Source: Macrostomum lignano
Taxonomy: Eukaryota
Length of the DNA: 40,686 nucleotides
Assembly: GCA_002269645.1 (NCBI GenBank)
Contig: NIVC01002137.1
Span: forward strand, 160,721-201,406
Reading direction: 5' to 3'
Made by a program: the position numbers and the translations under genes. Below, in pieces: positions 22,372-33,594 of this stretch (its first letter is position 1; each line of letters opens with the position of its first letter). Below the pieces are notes generated by a model. The model was given only the letters and a program-made list of their open reading frames with translations, did no database searches and was not told where the DNA came from.

Positions 22372-22568
22372 AAATAAAAAGTTTCATATGTGCGCAACCT
22401 GGGAATCACCTGGCCATTTCTATTGGCAACACACACATATAAGTCGCTATTGGCTGAGAGCAGTCACATGACTGCTATTCTGTCCAATAGCGACATAACA
22501 TGTGTGTGTTGTCAATAGAAACGGCCAAGTTAATCCCAAGGTTGCACCCAAGCATGAAAAGTTTTATC
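22372..22568. mobile_element. About 200-bp near-perfect palindrome (foldback MITE-like)
   Basis: CAACCTGGGAATCACCTGGCCATTTCTATTGGCAACACACACAT...AGCAGTCA-CA-TGACTGCT...ATGTGTGTGTTGTCAATAGAAACGGCCAAGTTAATCCCAAGGTTG. Confidence 0.7.
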
Positions 22569-23231
22569 AAAACAAAGTTTTTAGACAAAAATGGTATATT
22601 GCCTAATACTAAGTATAAACTAAAATTTTGAAGATCTAAGAAGTTTTGTAACTTTTTTAATAATTTACCAGTTTAAAAAGTTTTAAGGTTTGTTTAATAC
22701 CTACCATTTTCATATTTAAATTTAAATTTAAAAAAGCAAAAGCAAAAAAAGCAAAATTTAAATCATACTGAGGTAAGGCAGCATGCTTCAGAAGGCAAAT
22801 GAAAATAATGTGAAAATCGACACAGATTAAGTTAGATAAAATTCTTTCAACGCATTTCAGTCCAACCAGGGCCATTTTCAGTGTCTGATGTATCTTTCAC
22901 TCAATGCAACAACTTTTATAAGAGATAAATAGAGAACAAATGTTTACTGTACAGGCCAAGGGCATATCAGGGGCAGATGGTTCAATGTAAGTGAGCAGAG
23001 ATTGCGAGTACAATGATTGGGTTTGTGCCTTTGCTTAGAATACCTTGAGTAAATGGCCCACACCACTGTGAGAAAGTTAAATATTTAGATTTGGTTTCGG
23101 GTTTTTAATGTACAATACATGGATTCGAGTCTATCGAGTCTAAAGTATAATTATTAGACTGCGTCAGTTTAGCCTTCTGGGGTCGAAATAATAAAATATG
23201 TCATCAATGCGACCCTGTCACGTGCCCGCAG

Positions 23232-26200
23232 TCGGACATCACATTCAAAAAGGTCAAGCGGTCAATCCGCGTCAAACAGCCTGCCGTGGTGGTTCCAAAG
23301 CCGTCATCCTTGGCTGACGGCAGCGACTCAGACAATGACAGCGAGAAAGATCCGCCTGCGACTGCTGCACCATCGAATTCAAAGTCGAATTCTTTTAAGC
23401 ATCAGCAGGCCAAGTCCTCAAAGTCGGCCGACCTGCCAACCCTGACCGCTTCGGCCTCCGCTCTGTCCTTTCAAGACGATCTGATTGCCGACGGCGGTGA
23501 AGAATTTCGCGTGAAAAAGTCCAGCAATAGCAGGAAGTTGGCTAAACGCCAGAGGCTCAGATACGATAAGGAGGCTGCGGCTGCTGCTGCTGCTGCTGAT
23601 ACCGCTGCTTACTCAGGAAATAGTGGCGGCGCTGGCCCAGGCTCATCCGCTGCAGACGAAATTCAAGAAGTTGAAATGGAAGACGACTATCCGGTGTCCG
23701 TGCAGCAGCTTCGGTCGCAGGTTTTTTTACTGGGCTGTTGATTTTTTGTGTTCTTCAGTCCGCAACGTCCACCTCACTTCTGTGTCCTTCAGTCCGCAAC
23801 GTCCACCTCACCTCTGTGTCCTTCAGTCCGCAACGTCCACCTCACCTCTGTGTCCTTCAGTCCGCAATGTCTACCTCACCTCTGTGTTCTTCAGTCCGCA
23901 ATGTCTACCTCACCTCGTGTCCTTCAGTCCGCAATGTCCACCTCACCTCTGTGTCCATCAGTCCGCAATGCCACCCTCTGTCTGTGTCCTTCAGTCCCGC
24001 AATTCCACTCTCTGCCTGTGTCCATCAGTCCGCAATGCCACCCTCTGTCTGTGTCTTTCAGTCCGCAATGCCCCATCAACCATGTGTCCTTAAAAAGTGC
24101 GGCTGGCAGTCTGCCAAAAGTACACACAAATTCTATATAAAAGAGCCATAAAATCCGCAGATTGCCAGCCAGGGCATTCCGGACAGCCGCACCGTCTATC
24201 AGCTGAAGCTGCAGCGCCAATTGGCTGCTCGGGCCCGACGCGCCAACCAAGCCGGCGCCAGCGACAACGACAGCCCAGGCCGACCGGCAGACGATGACAC
24301 TAACAGCGGCTTCGGCGGCGGCGACGACTCCGACGTTGCCGACGTTCTCGACGACGACAACGGTGACGGCAGCGGCGGCGGAGTTCGGGTTCGCCTTCTC
24401 GGCACCCTGCGGCCGGAGGCTGAGCGACGCATGATGCGGGACCAGTTCCTGGCTGCCGAGCACGGCTCGCCTCCCCGATCATTTTTAAACGAGCGATCGG
24501 CAAACGACAACTACGACGACGACTATGATGACGACGACGGATTTCCTGGCGGCGGCGGCTCAGAGAGCTACGAACGGCAGCAGCTGCGTCGGGCGGCCAA
24601 CCTGGCAGGACCGGCCACCTTGGCAGCCGTCGGCGATGTAGTAGAAGACTCTAGTGGTTCGGTCGGTGCTGGTGGCGGCGGCGGCAGCGGCATTTTCACT
24701 CGCCTGCCATCGGCGCCTGGCGTGGCCTACGCCGATCTGCGCGAACGCATCGACGCCGATCGTCGTCGCCTAGTCGAGCTGGCCGACAACGAGACCGACC
24801 GATTAACCGCCGCCCGACGCGAACTGGCCGACTGTCAGGTAAATTGTAGGATGCATATTGTAGTGGAATTATAATAATGCTAATAGTAAAAATAATGCGA
24901 GTAACTGTTTGAATCTATTAAAATATACGTCAACTAACGAGGACCACCACCTCACAAAGCTAACCACCCCGCAACACCCACCACTCCAAAACACCTACCA
25001 CCCCACAACACCCATCTCACCAAAACACCCGCCACCCCACAACACCCACCTCACCAAAACACCCACAACACCCACCTCACCAAAACACCCACAACACCCA
25101 CCTCACCAAAACACCCACAACACCCACATCACCAAAACACCCACAACACCCACCTCACCAAAACACCCATCACCCCACAACACCCATCACCCCACAACGC
25201 CCACCACCCCACAACACCCATCACCCCACAACACCTACCACCCCACAACACCCACCTCACCAAAACACCCACCACCCCACAACACCCACCTCACCAAAAC
25301 ACCCACCACCCCACAACGCCCACCACCCCACAACACCCATCACCCCACAACACCCATCACCCCATAACACCCACCACCCCACAACACCCATCACCCCACA
25401 ACACCCACCACCCTACAACACCCATCTCACCAAAACACCCACCACCCCACAAAAATCACCCACCAAAGTACCCACCCGGGAATGAGCAACACCTTACAAA
25501 GCGTGTTCATAAAAAATTAGTACTGTGGCGGCTTAGAAATTTCATATCCCCTTCCATATCACATCCGGTCTTGTCAGGACCGGCTAGCTGAGCGGGAGGC
25601 CCGCCTGCCCAAGCTTGAGGCTGCCTATCGCGATCTGGCTAGTCTGAGGTCTCACCTGGCCGACTATGCTGACTGCATGTCCGAGAAGCTGGTGCAAGTT
25701 GAACTGCTGGAACGAAGACTATTAAGCGCACTAGCCGAGCGGTCGCAGCGACAGATTCGACGACGGAGGCAAGATGTTCGCGATGAGAGTAGCGCGGCGA
25801 GAGGAGGTAAGTTTGCTTTATCAACTTTAGAACAACATTGAGCACAGCCCTCTTAACACCTCTGAGAATCGCCTTTCTTTTCCTTCTTTCTTTATCCTTG
25901 AGAATCGCCCTTCAATGTCTTTAGTAATCGCCCTTCATTGTTCTCAAGAATCGCCCTTCAATGTCTTCAAAAAATCGCCCTTCATTGTCCCCAAGAATTG
26001 CCGATCGATGTCCCCAAGAATTGCCCTTCAATGTCCTCAAGAATCGCCCTTCATTGTCCCCAAGAATTGCCGATCGATGTCCCCAAGAATTGCCCTTCAA
26101 TGTCCTCAAGAATCGCCCTTCAATGTCCTCAAGAATCGCCTTCAATGTCCTCAAGAATCGCCTTCAATGTCCTCAAGAATCGCCTTTCAGTGTTCTCAAG

Positions 26201-28383
26201 AATCACCCTTCAATGTCTTCAGGAATCGCCCTTCATTGTTCTCAAGAATCACCCTTCAATGTCCCCAAGAATTGCCCTTCAATGTCCTCAAGAATCGCCT
26301 TCAATGTCCTCAAGAATCGCCTTTCAGTGTTCTCAAGAATCACCCTTCAATGTCTTCAGGAATCGCCCTTCATTGTTCTCAAGAATCGCCCTTCGATGTC
26401 CCCAAGAATTGCCCTTCAATGTCCTCAAGAATCGACCTTTAATGTCCGCAAGATGAAAGAATCGCCCTTCGATGTCCCCAAGAATCGCCCTTCAATGTCC
26501 TCGAGAATCGACATTTGATGCAGTTTAAAATGCCTCACTCTCCCCATTGCTTCCCAATCCCACCCGCCAGAGGACGAGGCGCTCATTCGCCGAGTGGCTG
26601 AACGCGAAGCCCGGCGCACTCGCCGGCGAAGACAACGCGAACTCAACGGCACCGACGCGACGCACGACAGCGGCGAGAGCACCGACGATGAGGAGACGTC
26701 GGCGGAGCGAATGGGTCGGGAATCCGCTATTGATCAGGTTGGCGTCTCGGTTGCTGGCTTATAATTATGCTTTCTTTAATTTGATTAACTAGATGACTTC
26801 AACGCTCCTCAACCTGTTCCTCAGGTGCGCCACGTGCAAGAGTCTCAGCTGTTCTCCGACGTTCTGCCAGAATTTTGCACACTCGAGTCGCTGCTCAGCC
26901 GTCTATCGGAGTTTCGCTCCTCTCAACCGGATCTGTACGAGCGAGCCAGGTTTCCAGCCTGTATGGCGCGGCTTCTGTCGCCTCTGGTGCGCGTTGAAAT
27001 GCTGCTTTATAATCCGCTGACGCCCGACTGTGTTGAGTTCAATCGGCGAGCCTGGCTAGGTCACGTGCTGGACTACCTTGACCTCGATAGCCACCCGGAT
27101 GAGGTCAAGGTCGTACCGGGTCTAGTGGAACTCGTCCTACTGCCCAGGCTTATCGACATTGTTGAACAGGTAGGGGGTGACTCTAGTTTTTTATTGGTTT
27201 GTTGGCTGCTTTGTTGATGGGTTTGTTGGCTGCTTTGTTGATGGGGTTGTTGGCTGCTTTGTTGATGGGTTTGTTGGCTGCTTTGTTGATGGGGTTGTTG
27301 GCTGCTTTGTTGATGGGGTTGTTGGCTGCTTTGTTGATGGGGTTGTTGGCTGCTTTGCTGATGGGGTTGTTGGCTGCTTTGCTGATGGGGTTGTTGGCTG
27401 CTTTGTTGATGGGTTTGTTGATGGGGTTGTTGGCTGCTTTGCTGATGGGGTTGTTGGCTGCTTTGCTGATGGGGTTGTTGACTGCTTTGCTGATGGGGTT
27501 GTTGGCTGTTTCGTTGATTGGGTTGTTGGTTGCTTTTAGTTTTAACTGCCTACTAATCACTGAGTAGTATTGATGGAGACAAACTGTACAGACTGTGTCG
27601 CAAATCTACTCAGATCTGGGACCCGATGTCCAGCAGCGAAAGCAAGCGTCTCAGCTCACTGCTCGCCTCTCTGGCTCGCGAGTTTCCAACTTTTCATGCC
27701 GGATCAGCGCGAACTCAGCGACTGTGTCTTGCCGTGCACGACCGACTATCCGAGTTTGTTGCCAAGGAGCCTTTTATACCGCTGATGATGCCTAAACCGG
27801 CCGAGTCAACCTTCTACAATAGGCAGCTGGTTCAGGTGAGCTGTTCAGGGGCTAAAAAGTACATTTGCACCAATTTTCAAGTTGATAATTTCCTACTTCC
27901 GGTTTGTTTATTGGGTTGAAAATTACTAACTACAGCTTTGCTATGTAATTATAGATAGCCCATGAATCTAGCTGAAGCCAACTCCAATCCTGCCCCCAGG
28001 CTATCAAACTGTTCACCAATGTCTTGCGCTTCTCCGAACTGCTGAGCCCTACTACGCTGCACAAGCTCAGCGCAGACTGTCTGCTAAGCCGCTATATTCT
28101 AGTAGGCCTTGGCAATCTGCCAGTCACTGATCGCCTGGTCTCCCGTCTAGACGCCATCCTCAGCGCTCTGCCTGCCGGCTTCCAGCTGCCGAAACCGTTC
28201 GCCGAGCTTGTTGAAAGAATCATTGCATCGGCAAATAATTCTCCAGCACCGGCGTCGGCATCTTCAACGGCATTCGGCCTTGGCGGTGGCTTAGTCAGCG
28301 GTAGCGGCGGTAGTGGTGGTCTTTCGCTGGCCTCTCGATTGGCGCTACAAAAACTGTCTAGCCTCTACTGGGTCAGCCAGTGA
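23232..28383 (+). CDS. PAXBP1: PAXBP1/GCFC-family (GC-rich sequence DNA-binding factor, NTR2-like) protein; exons 23232-23720, 24161-24838, 25578-25806, 26571-26737, 26825-27169, 27614-27835, 28000-28383; start codon not located
   Basis: LSFQDD..EEFRVKKSSNSRKL, GIPDSR, RRRRQDVRDES, RRVAEREARRTRRRR, STDDEETS, WDPMS and DCLLSRYIL match PAXBP1/GCFC2. All six introns are GT-AG and their phases join into one 837-codon frame. PAXBP1 versus GCFC2 orthology is not resolved. Confidence 0.9.
23740..24075 (+). repeat. 34-bp intronic minisatellite (CTCACCTCTGTGTCCTTCAGTCCGCAACGTCCAC) x about 10
   Basis: Seen directly in PAXBP1 intron 1. Confidence 0.92.
24960..25455 (+). repeat. C/A-rich minisatellite of about 18-nt units (CACCCCACAACACCCAC / CTCACCAAAACACCCAC)
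   Basis: Seen directly in PAXBP1 intron 2. Confidence 0.92.
25860..26515 (+). repeat. 22-23-bp minisatellite (GAATCGCCCTTCAATGTCCTCAA)
   Basis: Seen directly in PAXBP1 intron 3. Confidence 0.93.
27195..27535 (+). repeat. 24-bp minisatellite (GTTGGCTGCTTTGTTGATGGGGTT)
   Basis: Seen directly in PAXBP1 intron 5. Confidence 0.93.
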
Positions 28384-28569
28384 CTATATTGCTTAAACAG
28401 TTGTTACTTCATATTTAAATCTTTGGTCAGCCTAATTAGCAGCACATACAAGCACTTGTTTCGCTCTTTTGTGACTGCTATAAGTATTGGCAATAAGATG
28501 GCGCTGCATTAATATCAGCCAGTGTTTCGGCTTTGCTGAAGAGTGTAATCCATACTCACTTGGCGATGC

Positions 28570-29030
28570 AATTAATTTAATAGCCTACTCCAAACGCCTC
28601 CCTATATCACTGCCCTTCTGGAGGCTGGGCTGGGTAAGGAAATTAATTTTATGGCCTATTCCTTACCCCCAACCCCTCCCTATATCACTGCCTCTGGAGC
28701 CTGGGCTGGGTAAGGAAATTAAATTTTATGGCCTATCCCTTACACCCCAACCCCTCCCTATATCACTGCCTCTCTGGAGCCTGGGCTGGGTAAGGAAATT
28801 AATTTTATGGCCTATCCCTTACACCCCAACCCCTCCCTATATCACTGCCTCTCTGGAGCCTGGGCTGGGTAAGGAAATTAATTTTATGGCCTATCCATTA
28901 CACCCCAACCCCTCCCTATATCACTGCCCCGCTGGATTTGGGTAAAACAATTAAATTTTATGGCCTATCCCTTACCACCAACCCCCCCCTAGATCACTGC
29001 CCCGCTGGATTTGGGTAAGGCAGTTTAATC
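28570..29030 (+). repeat. About 78-bp tandem repeat x about 6, downstream of the PAXBP1 stop
   Basis: TATATCACTGCC recurs at 28603, 28681, 28759, 28838 and 28917. Confidence 0.9.
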
Positions 29031-30548
29031 TTATTATCGGGCTCGCTAGTTCCTACCTACCCCTCTGTTTTACTGCCGTGAGCTGATGCGCTAGTGTTTT
29101 TTCATAAATACGAGTAATAGTCAATCAAAGTAGCCATTATCTTTGGTCCATATTTGGTCAAAAAACTCTCGGTTCAAGTTGATTAACTCAATTCTTGTTT
29201 GAAGTATCCAGCCGCATTTCCTTTTCTCTTTGCCCCTTTTTGCTTTTGTCGCCTTTGTAGCTGTCTGAATGACTATTAGATGCGTGGATTAATGTACATA
29301 CTCCGCTAGTACCAAAAGCATAAAATACACTACAAAGTGTGTATGACGAGACTAAATTTAATCTGTTTTCCGTTTTCGTGTCTGATACAAATTATTAAAA
29401 GCAATTGTTGTCCTACGGATTTAAGAAACTCATAGGCGGTAGCTAAGCGAAAGTATAGAATTTTGTCAGCTCAATCTAATCTACTAATCAGATTAGAAAT
29501 TTAGTATCCGATGGACGCTACGTGATTTTGCTTGACTCGCCCGCTCTCCACACCTTCAGCTCAAGTGACAGCCCGAGTGTCACAAGGAATAATCGTCAAC
29601 ATCTTTAGAATCTGTTTAACATACTGGCGTGTTGACGCGGTGTACGCTTGCCACAAATCAGATCAACATCTTGTGCCACGTCTTGTTTCATATTGCCTCT
29701 AGCGATTCCCAATGGGATTCGCTTGATTGCTATCTGATTGGGCCTCAAAAGGCGAATGACGTGATGAGCCGTTGAAAAATAATAAATATGTTTTTTCTTG
29801 CAAAAGATACATGAATGGAAGCTACCCCATTCGTGATGTTATTAATTATGTGAAGCAGGGGTCGGCAAACCCCGGCCTTCGGGGTCCTTTAAAACTTCAC
29901 GTAGCAAAAATCAGTGGTTCTCATCTCTTCTCTCACCCAACCTTTCATCTTGTCCTTATACCCAGTCTCTCCAGTATAAGGCGTTATTGCCATGATAAGG
30001 TTTTATAATACTAGTAGCTTAATCCTGCGTTATCTCTATCCAGCGTAGCCTCTTACTTTAGCAAATAGAAATGAAGTGCAGGATTTTTTGCTTGAAATTT
30101 TCCACTTGTTATCTATTTGAGCAGATTTGGAGCGGTTGATAGGCTGCGCAGGTGAGCGTAGCTGTGCTGCTCTTGATGCAGTTATAACTTTTGCGTCCGA
30201 TTTGGTTTATTCTTCATTCAAATTGACCGACGGCAGTCTGACGTGTCAGCGTGGCAGAGATTCTTCTTAAGTGGCTGTGGCATCAGTGCTATCAAAGTTT
30301 GAGCACTTTGTAAAAATTTCAAATTAGAACAAGCAACCAGCTAACGATGTGCTAACGATGTCAATTCAAGATGAAAACTTGAATTGAAAACAAGATGAAT
30401 GCCGATGCGAACACTGTAATTTGGACTGAATTCAGTTCAAATACATCGTAGTTTGCTGTGAATTTTTATACAGCTATGGCTGTCCGGTCCAGCTGTCACT
30501 TTTAGATATGCTTCCGGAGAATTGACAAGCAGTCAAAGTTGCAGAAAA

Positions 30549-30757
30549 GGCAATGGCTAGAGTTCCGGCACCGGAACCCGTTTTCTAACAGCTAGGGATC
30601 CGGCAGTGCCGTATAGAGGCATATAAAGACTGCTAAGAACATATCTTAAGAAGTCTGAATATTAGAAGCATATAATGTTCCATCTATATTATAATGGCAT
30701 TGCCGGATCCGTAGCCGTTAGAAAATGGGTTCCGGTGCCGGAACTCTAGCCATTGCC
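30549..30757. mobile_element. 209-bp MITE with 62-bp TIRs and a 9-bp TSD (Mutator/MULE-type)
   Basis: TIRs at 30549-30610 and 30696-30757 (4 mismatches) start with GG. TGCAGAAAA flanks both sides (30540-30548 and 30758-30766). Confidence 0.85.
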
Positions 30758-30961
30758 TGCAGAAAAGTTTTAAAAGTTCATCGAAATTTAAGAGTCTACG
30801 TAGCTATCGCCCGGTTGGTGTACGCAGAGGAATTGAGGTCACTGGGCGAACTCCCCTAAAAAACGCCTTCACAAAAACAGTGCCTCGCAAAAAAAGTACT
30901 GCCCTCGTCCGAAAATTAAAGCTACATGTAAGAGGCTCGGCTTTTACCAGCTTCTTTATGA

Positions 30962-31270
30962 GAGACAAGAGACAGGGGTGCCCCACCAAGAGACAGGGGT
31001 GCCCCACCGAGAGACAGGGGTGCCCCACCAAGAGACAGGGGTGCCCCACCAAGAGACAGGGGTGCGAGACCACCAAGAGACAGGGGCGCCACACCAAGAG
31101 ATGGGGGTGCGCCACCAAGAGACTTGGGCGCCACACCAAGAGACAGGGGTGCGCCACCAAGAGACAGGGGTGCGCCACCAAGAGACTTGGGCGCCACACC
31201 AAGAGACGGGTGCGCCACCAAGAGACAGGGGTGCCCCACCAAGAGACGGGGGGTGCCACACCAAAAGACA
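30962..31270 (+). repeat. 21-bp minisatellite (CACCAAGAGACAGGGGTGCCC)
   Basis: Seen directly. Confidence 0.93.
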
Positions 31271-31904
31271 AAGGTTCCAACGCCCAACCAAGACACCGAA
31301 TATAATACATGTAGGTGCCCCTAGCTTAGGGTTGCGACCCTATCTAATTGAAATTCCTGTTAAATGTACTTATGTACACTGTATACTTAGATCGCTTTTA
31401 CAAGCTCAAAATTTCACATCGCTTGTGAGAAAGTAATACACATTATTGAGCTTTAACCGGTGAGGAAATCTCAAGTCTACGTTAAAGTTTCGAAGTTATG
31501 AAAGTACCCCAATTCTACGAGACTATGGACATCCTTGCTACAAGCATGCAAGCACAAAAGAATCTTTAGATCCGTATTTCAGATTTAGCTTATCTATGAA
31601 GCAGGTAATCCATCTTGTAAGCTGATTAGATAACCACAAAGGGAGCCCTACATACAACACTACAGCTGCTTATGTATCAGAGATGGCGTGAATCCCAAGA
31701 GGGTTTTACACATCGGTCGCTGTAACCAGTACGTCACTGAAAGCAGGCACGATACATGCCATTCATTTTGTTACAGCTGCGCCGTTACAAATTAGAGAAG
31801 CGGAGCAGTTTAGCACTTCACACTAAAAATTCATATGTATGAACTAAAATAGCTGCGTCAAGATACTGGGCGTCTTGGCGCCAATATTTTCTGCCTTGGT
31901 GGCC

Positions 31905-32660
31905 GCCCCTGTCTCTTGGTGTAGCGCCCCTGTCTCTTGGTGTGGCGCCCTGTCTCTTGATGTAGCTCTCCTGTCTCTTGGTGTAGCGCCCCTGTCTCTT
32001 GGTGTTCTCTTGGTGTGGCGCCCCTGTCTCTTGGTGTGGTGCCCCTGTCTCTTGATGTAGCTCTCCTGTCTCTTGATGTAGCGCCCCTGTCTCTAGGTGT
32101 AGCGCCCCTGTCTCTTGGTGTGGCGCCCTTGTCTCTAGGTGTAGCGCCCCTGTCTCTTGGTGTGGCGCCCCTGTCTCTTGATGTAGCTCTCCTGTCTCTT
32201 GATTTAGCGCCCCTGTCTCTTGATGTAGCTCTCCTGTCTCTTGATGTAGCGCCCCTGTCTCTAGGTGTAGCGCCCCTGTCTCTTGGTGTGGCGCCCTTGT
32301 CTCTGGGTGTGGCGCCCCTGTCTCTTGGTGTGGCGCCCCTGTCTCTTGATATAGCTCTCCTGTCTCTTGATGTAGCGCCCCTGTCTCTAGGTGTAGCGCC
32401 CCTGTCTCTTGGTGTGGCGCCCTTGTCTCTAGGTGTAGCGCCCCTGTCTCTTGGTGTGGCAAGTCCCCTGTCTCTGGTGGGCGCTCCTGTCTATTGGTGT
32501 GACGCCCCTGTCTCTTGATGTGGCACCCCCTGTCTCTTCGTGTAGCACCCCTGTCTCTTGATGTGACGCCGCTGTCTCTTGGTGTGACGCCCCTGTCTCT
32601 TGATGTGACGCCGCTGCTCTTGATGTGACGCCGCTGTCTCTTGGTGTGGCGCCCCTGTTT
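31905..32660 (-). repeat. Same 21-bp minisatellite family in inverted orientation (GCCCCTGTCTCTTGGTGTGGC on +)
   Basis: Seen directly; reverse complement of the 30962-31270 unit. Confidence 0.93.
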
Positions 32661-33594
32661 CGAAGACCGGTGAATGCCACGTCCAAGAGATAGCAACTCC
32701 TGTCGTTCGTCGAGCTCAAGTCTTTTAGTTTTTGCGGTGGACGCTCTCTGGCACCTCTGGACACGCCACTGACTTTTGCCTCACTAATGCCGATTTCGAA
32801 GTGAATTTTAATAATCTTATTCGACGTGCTATATATAGTTGGTTCATTTTAATTTTGTCCATTTTTCATGGAAGCATATGGATGCAATAAATTATTAAGT
32901 ATCTCGTACTGCAAGTGGAGTTCATTTCTGCCCCCGTATTGTCAATCTGATGAAATACTAACCACTAAAACTCGTAATTTTATGGGAATTAATATTTCTT
33001 ATGGGCTTTGACATAGTATGAAAGATGACGAACGCAGCTAGCTAAATATTTCAACAGTTTCAGCCACAGAAAAAAAGGCTGTTGATCTGAGAGCGGGTGT
33101 TGGCAGGAGAGGCCGTAACCCAGCGGCCCAGGCTCGATTCCAAGTGCAGTCGCATTATATGTAATTTAGAGCTATAAATTAGAATCTTGGCTTGGCTCTG
33201 CTCGTGCAATTATCGCCCTTGAGGGCCAACCCTCAAACCAGACTGGGCACAGGGAAGAGTACATGTCTAACAATAAATGAACTTAGGGCCGCTGTACACT
33301 CCCTTGTGAGTGTGTGCCTGCTCAGGGAAGTCAAGCATTTCATCTACATGTACAGTCACGGATATTGAAAAATATCCACACTGATCTAGTGATGAATAGG
33401 ACTACGAGTATAAGTGTGCAATTGAATAATACCGTTCCGCGCAGGATGCCAGTTACGTAACTTCCAGTTGCGATCGGAGAGAAATCTATGTCTCACTAGA
33501 TCAGGGTGTGGATACTTTTCAACGTCCAATTTATACTGAGCAACATTGAAAAGGCGCCACTCTATGCGCCAGTAAGCAATTTCTCTTGGACTAT

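Noticed and set aside
29140-29290. Purine-rich, exon-like stretch on the minus strand upstream of a CCAAT/CRE-rich region (29.5-29.8 kb)
   Set aside because: No frame gives a recognisable protein, so it cannot be assigned to a gene without transcript data.
33085-33150. Possible tRNA gene or tRNA-derived SINE head (GGCTCGATTCC, B-box-like)
   Set aside because: No convincing A-box or cloverleaf, no TSD or tail identified, and only one copy in the window.
33451-33462. Perfect palindrome AGTTACGTAACT (PAR-bZIP-like site); also an ACTGGGT/ACCCAGT hairpin near 16580
   Set aside because: Isolated short palindromes are expected by chance in 40 kb.
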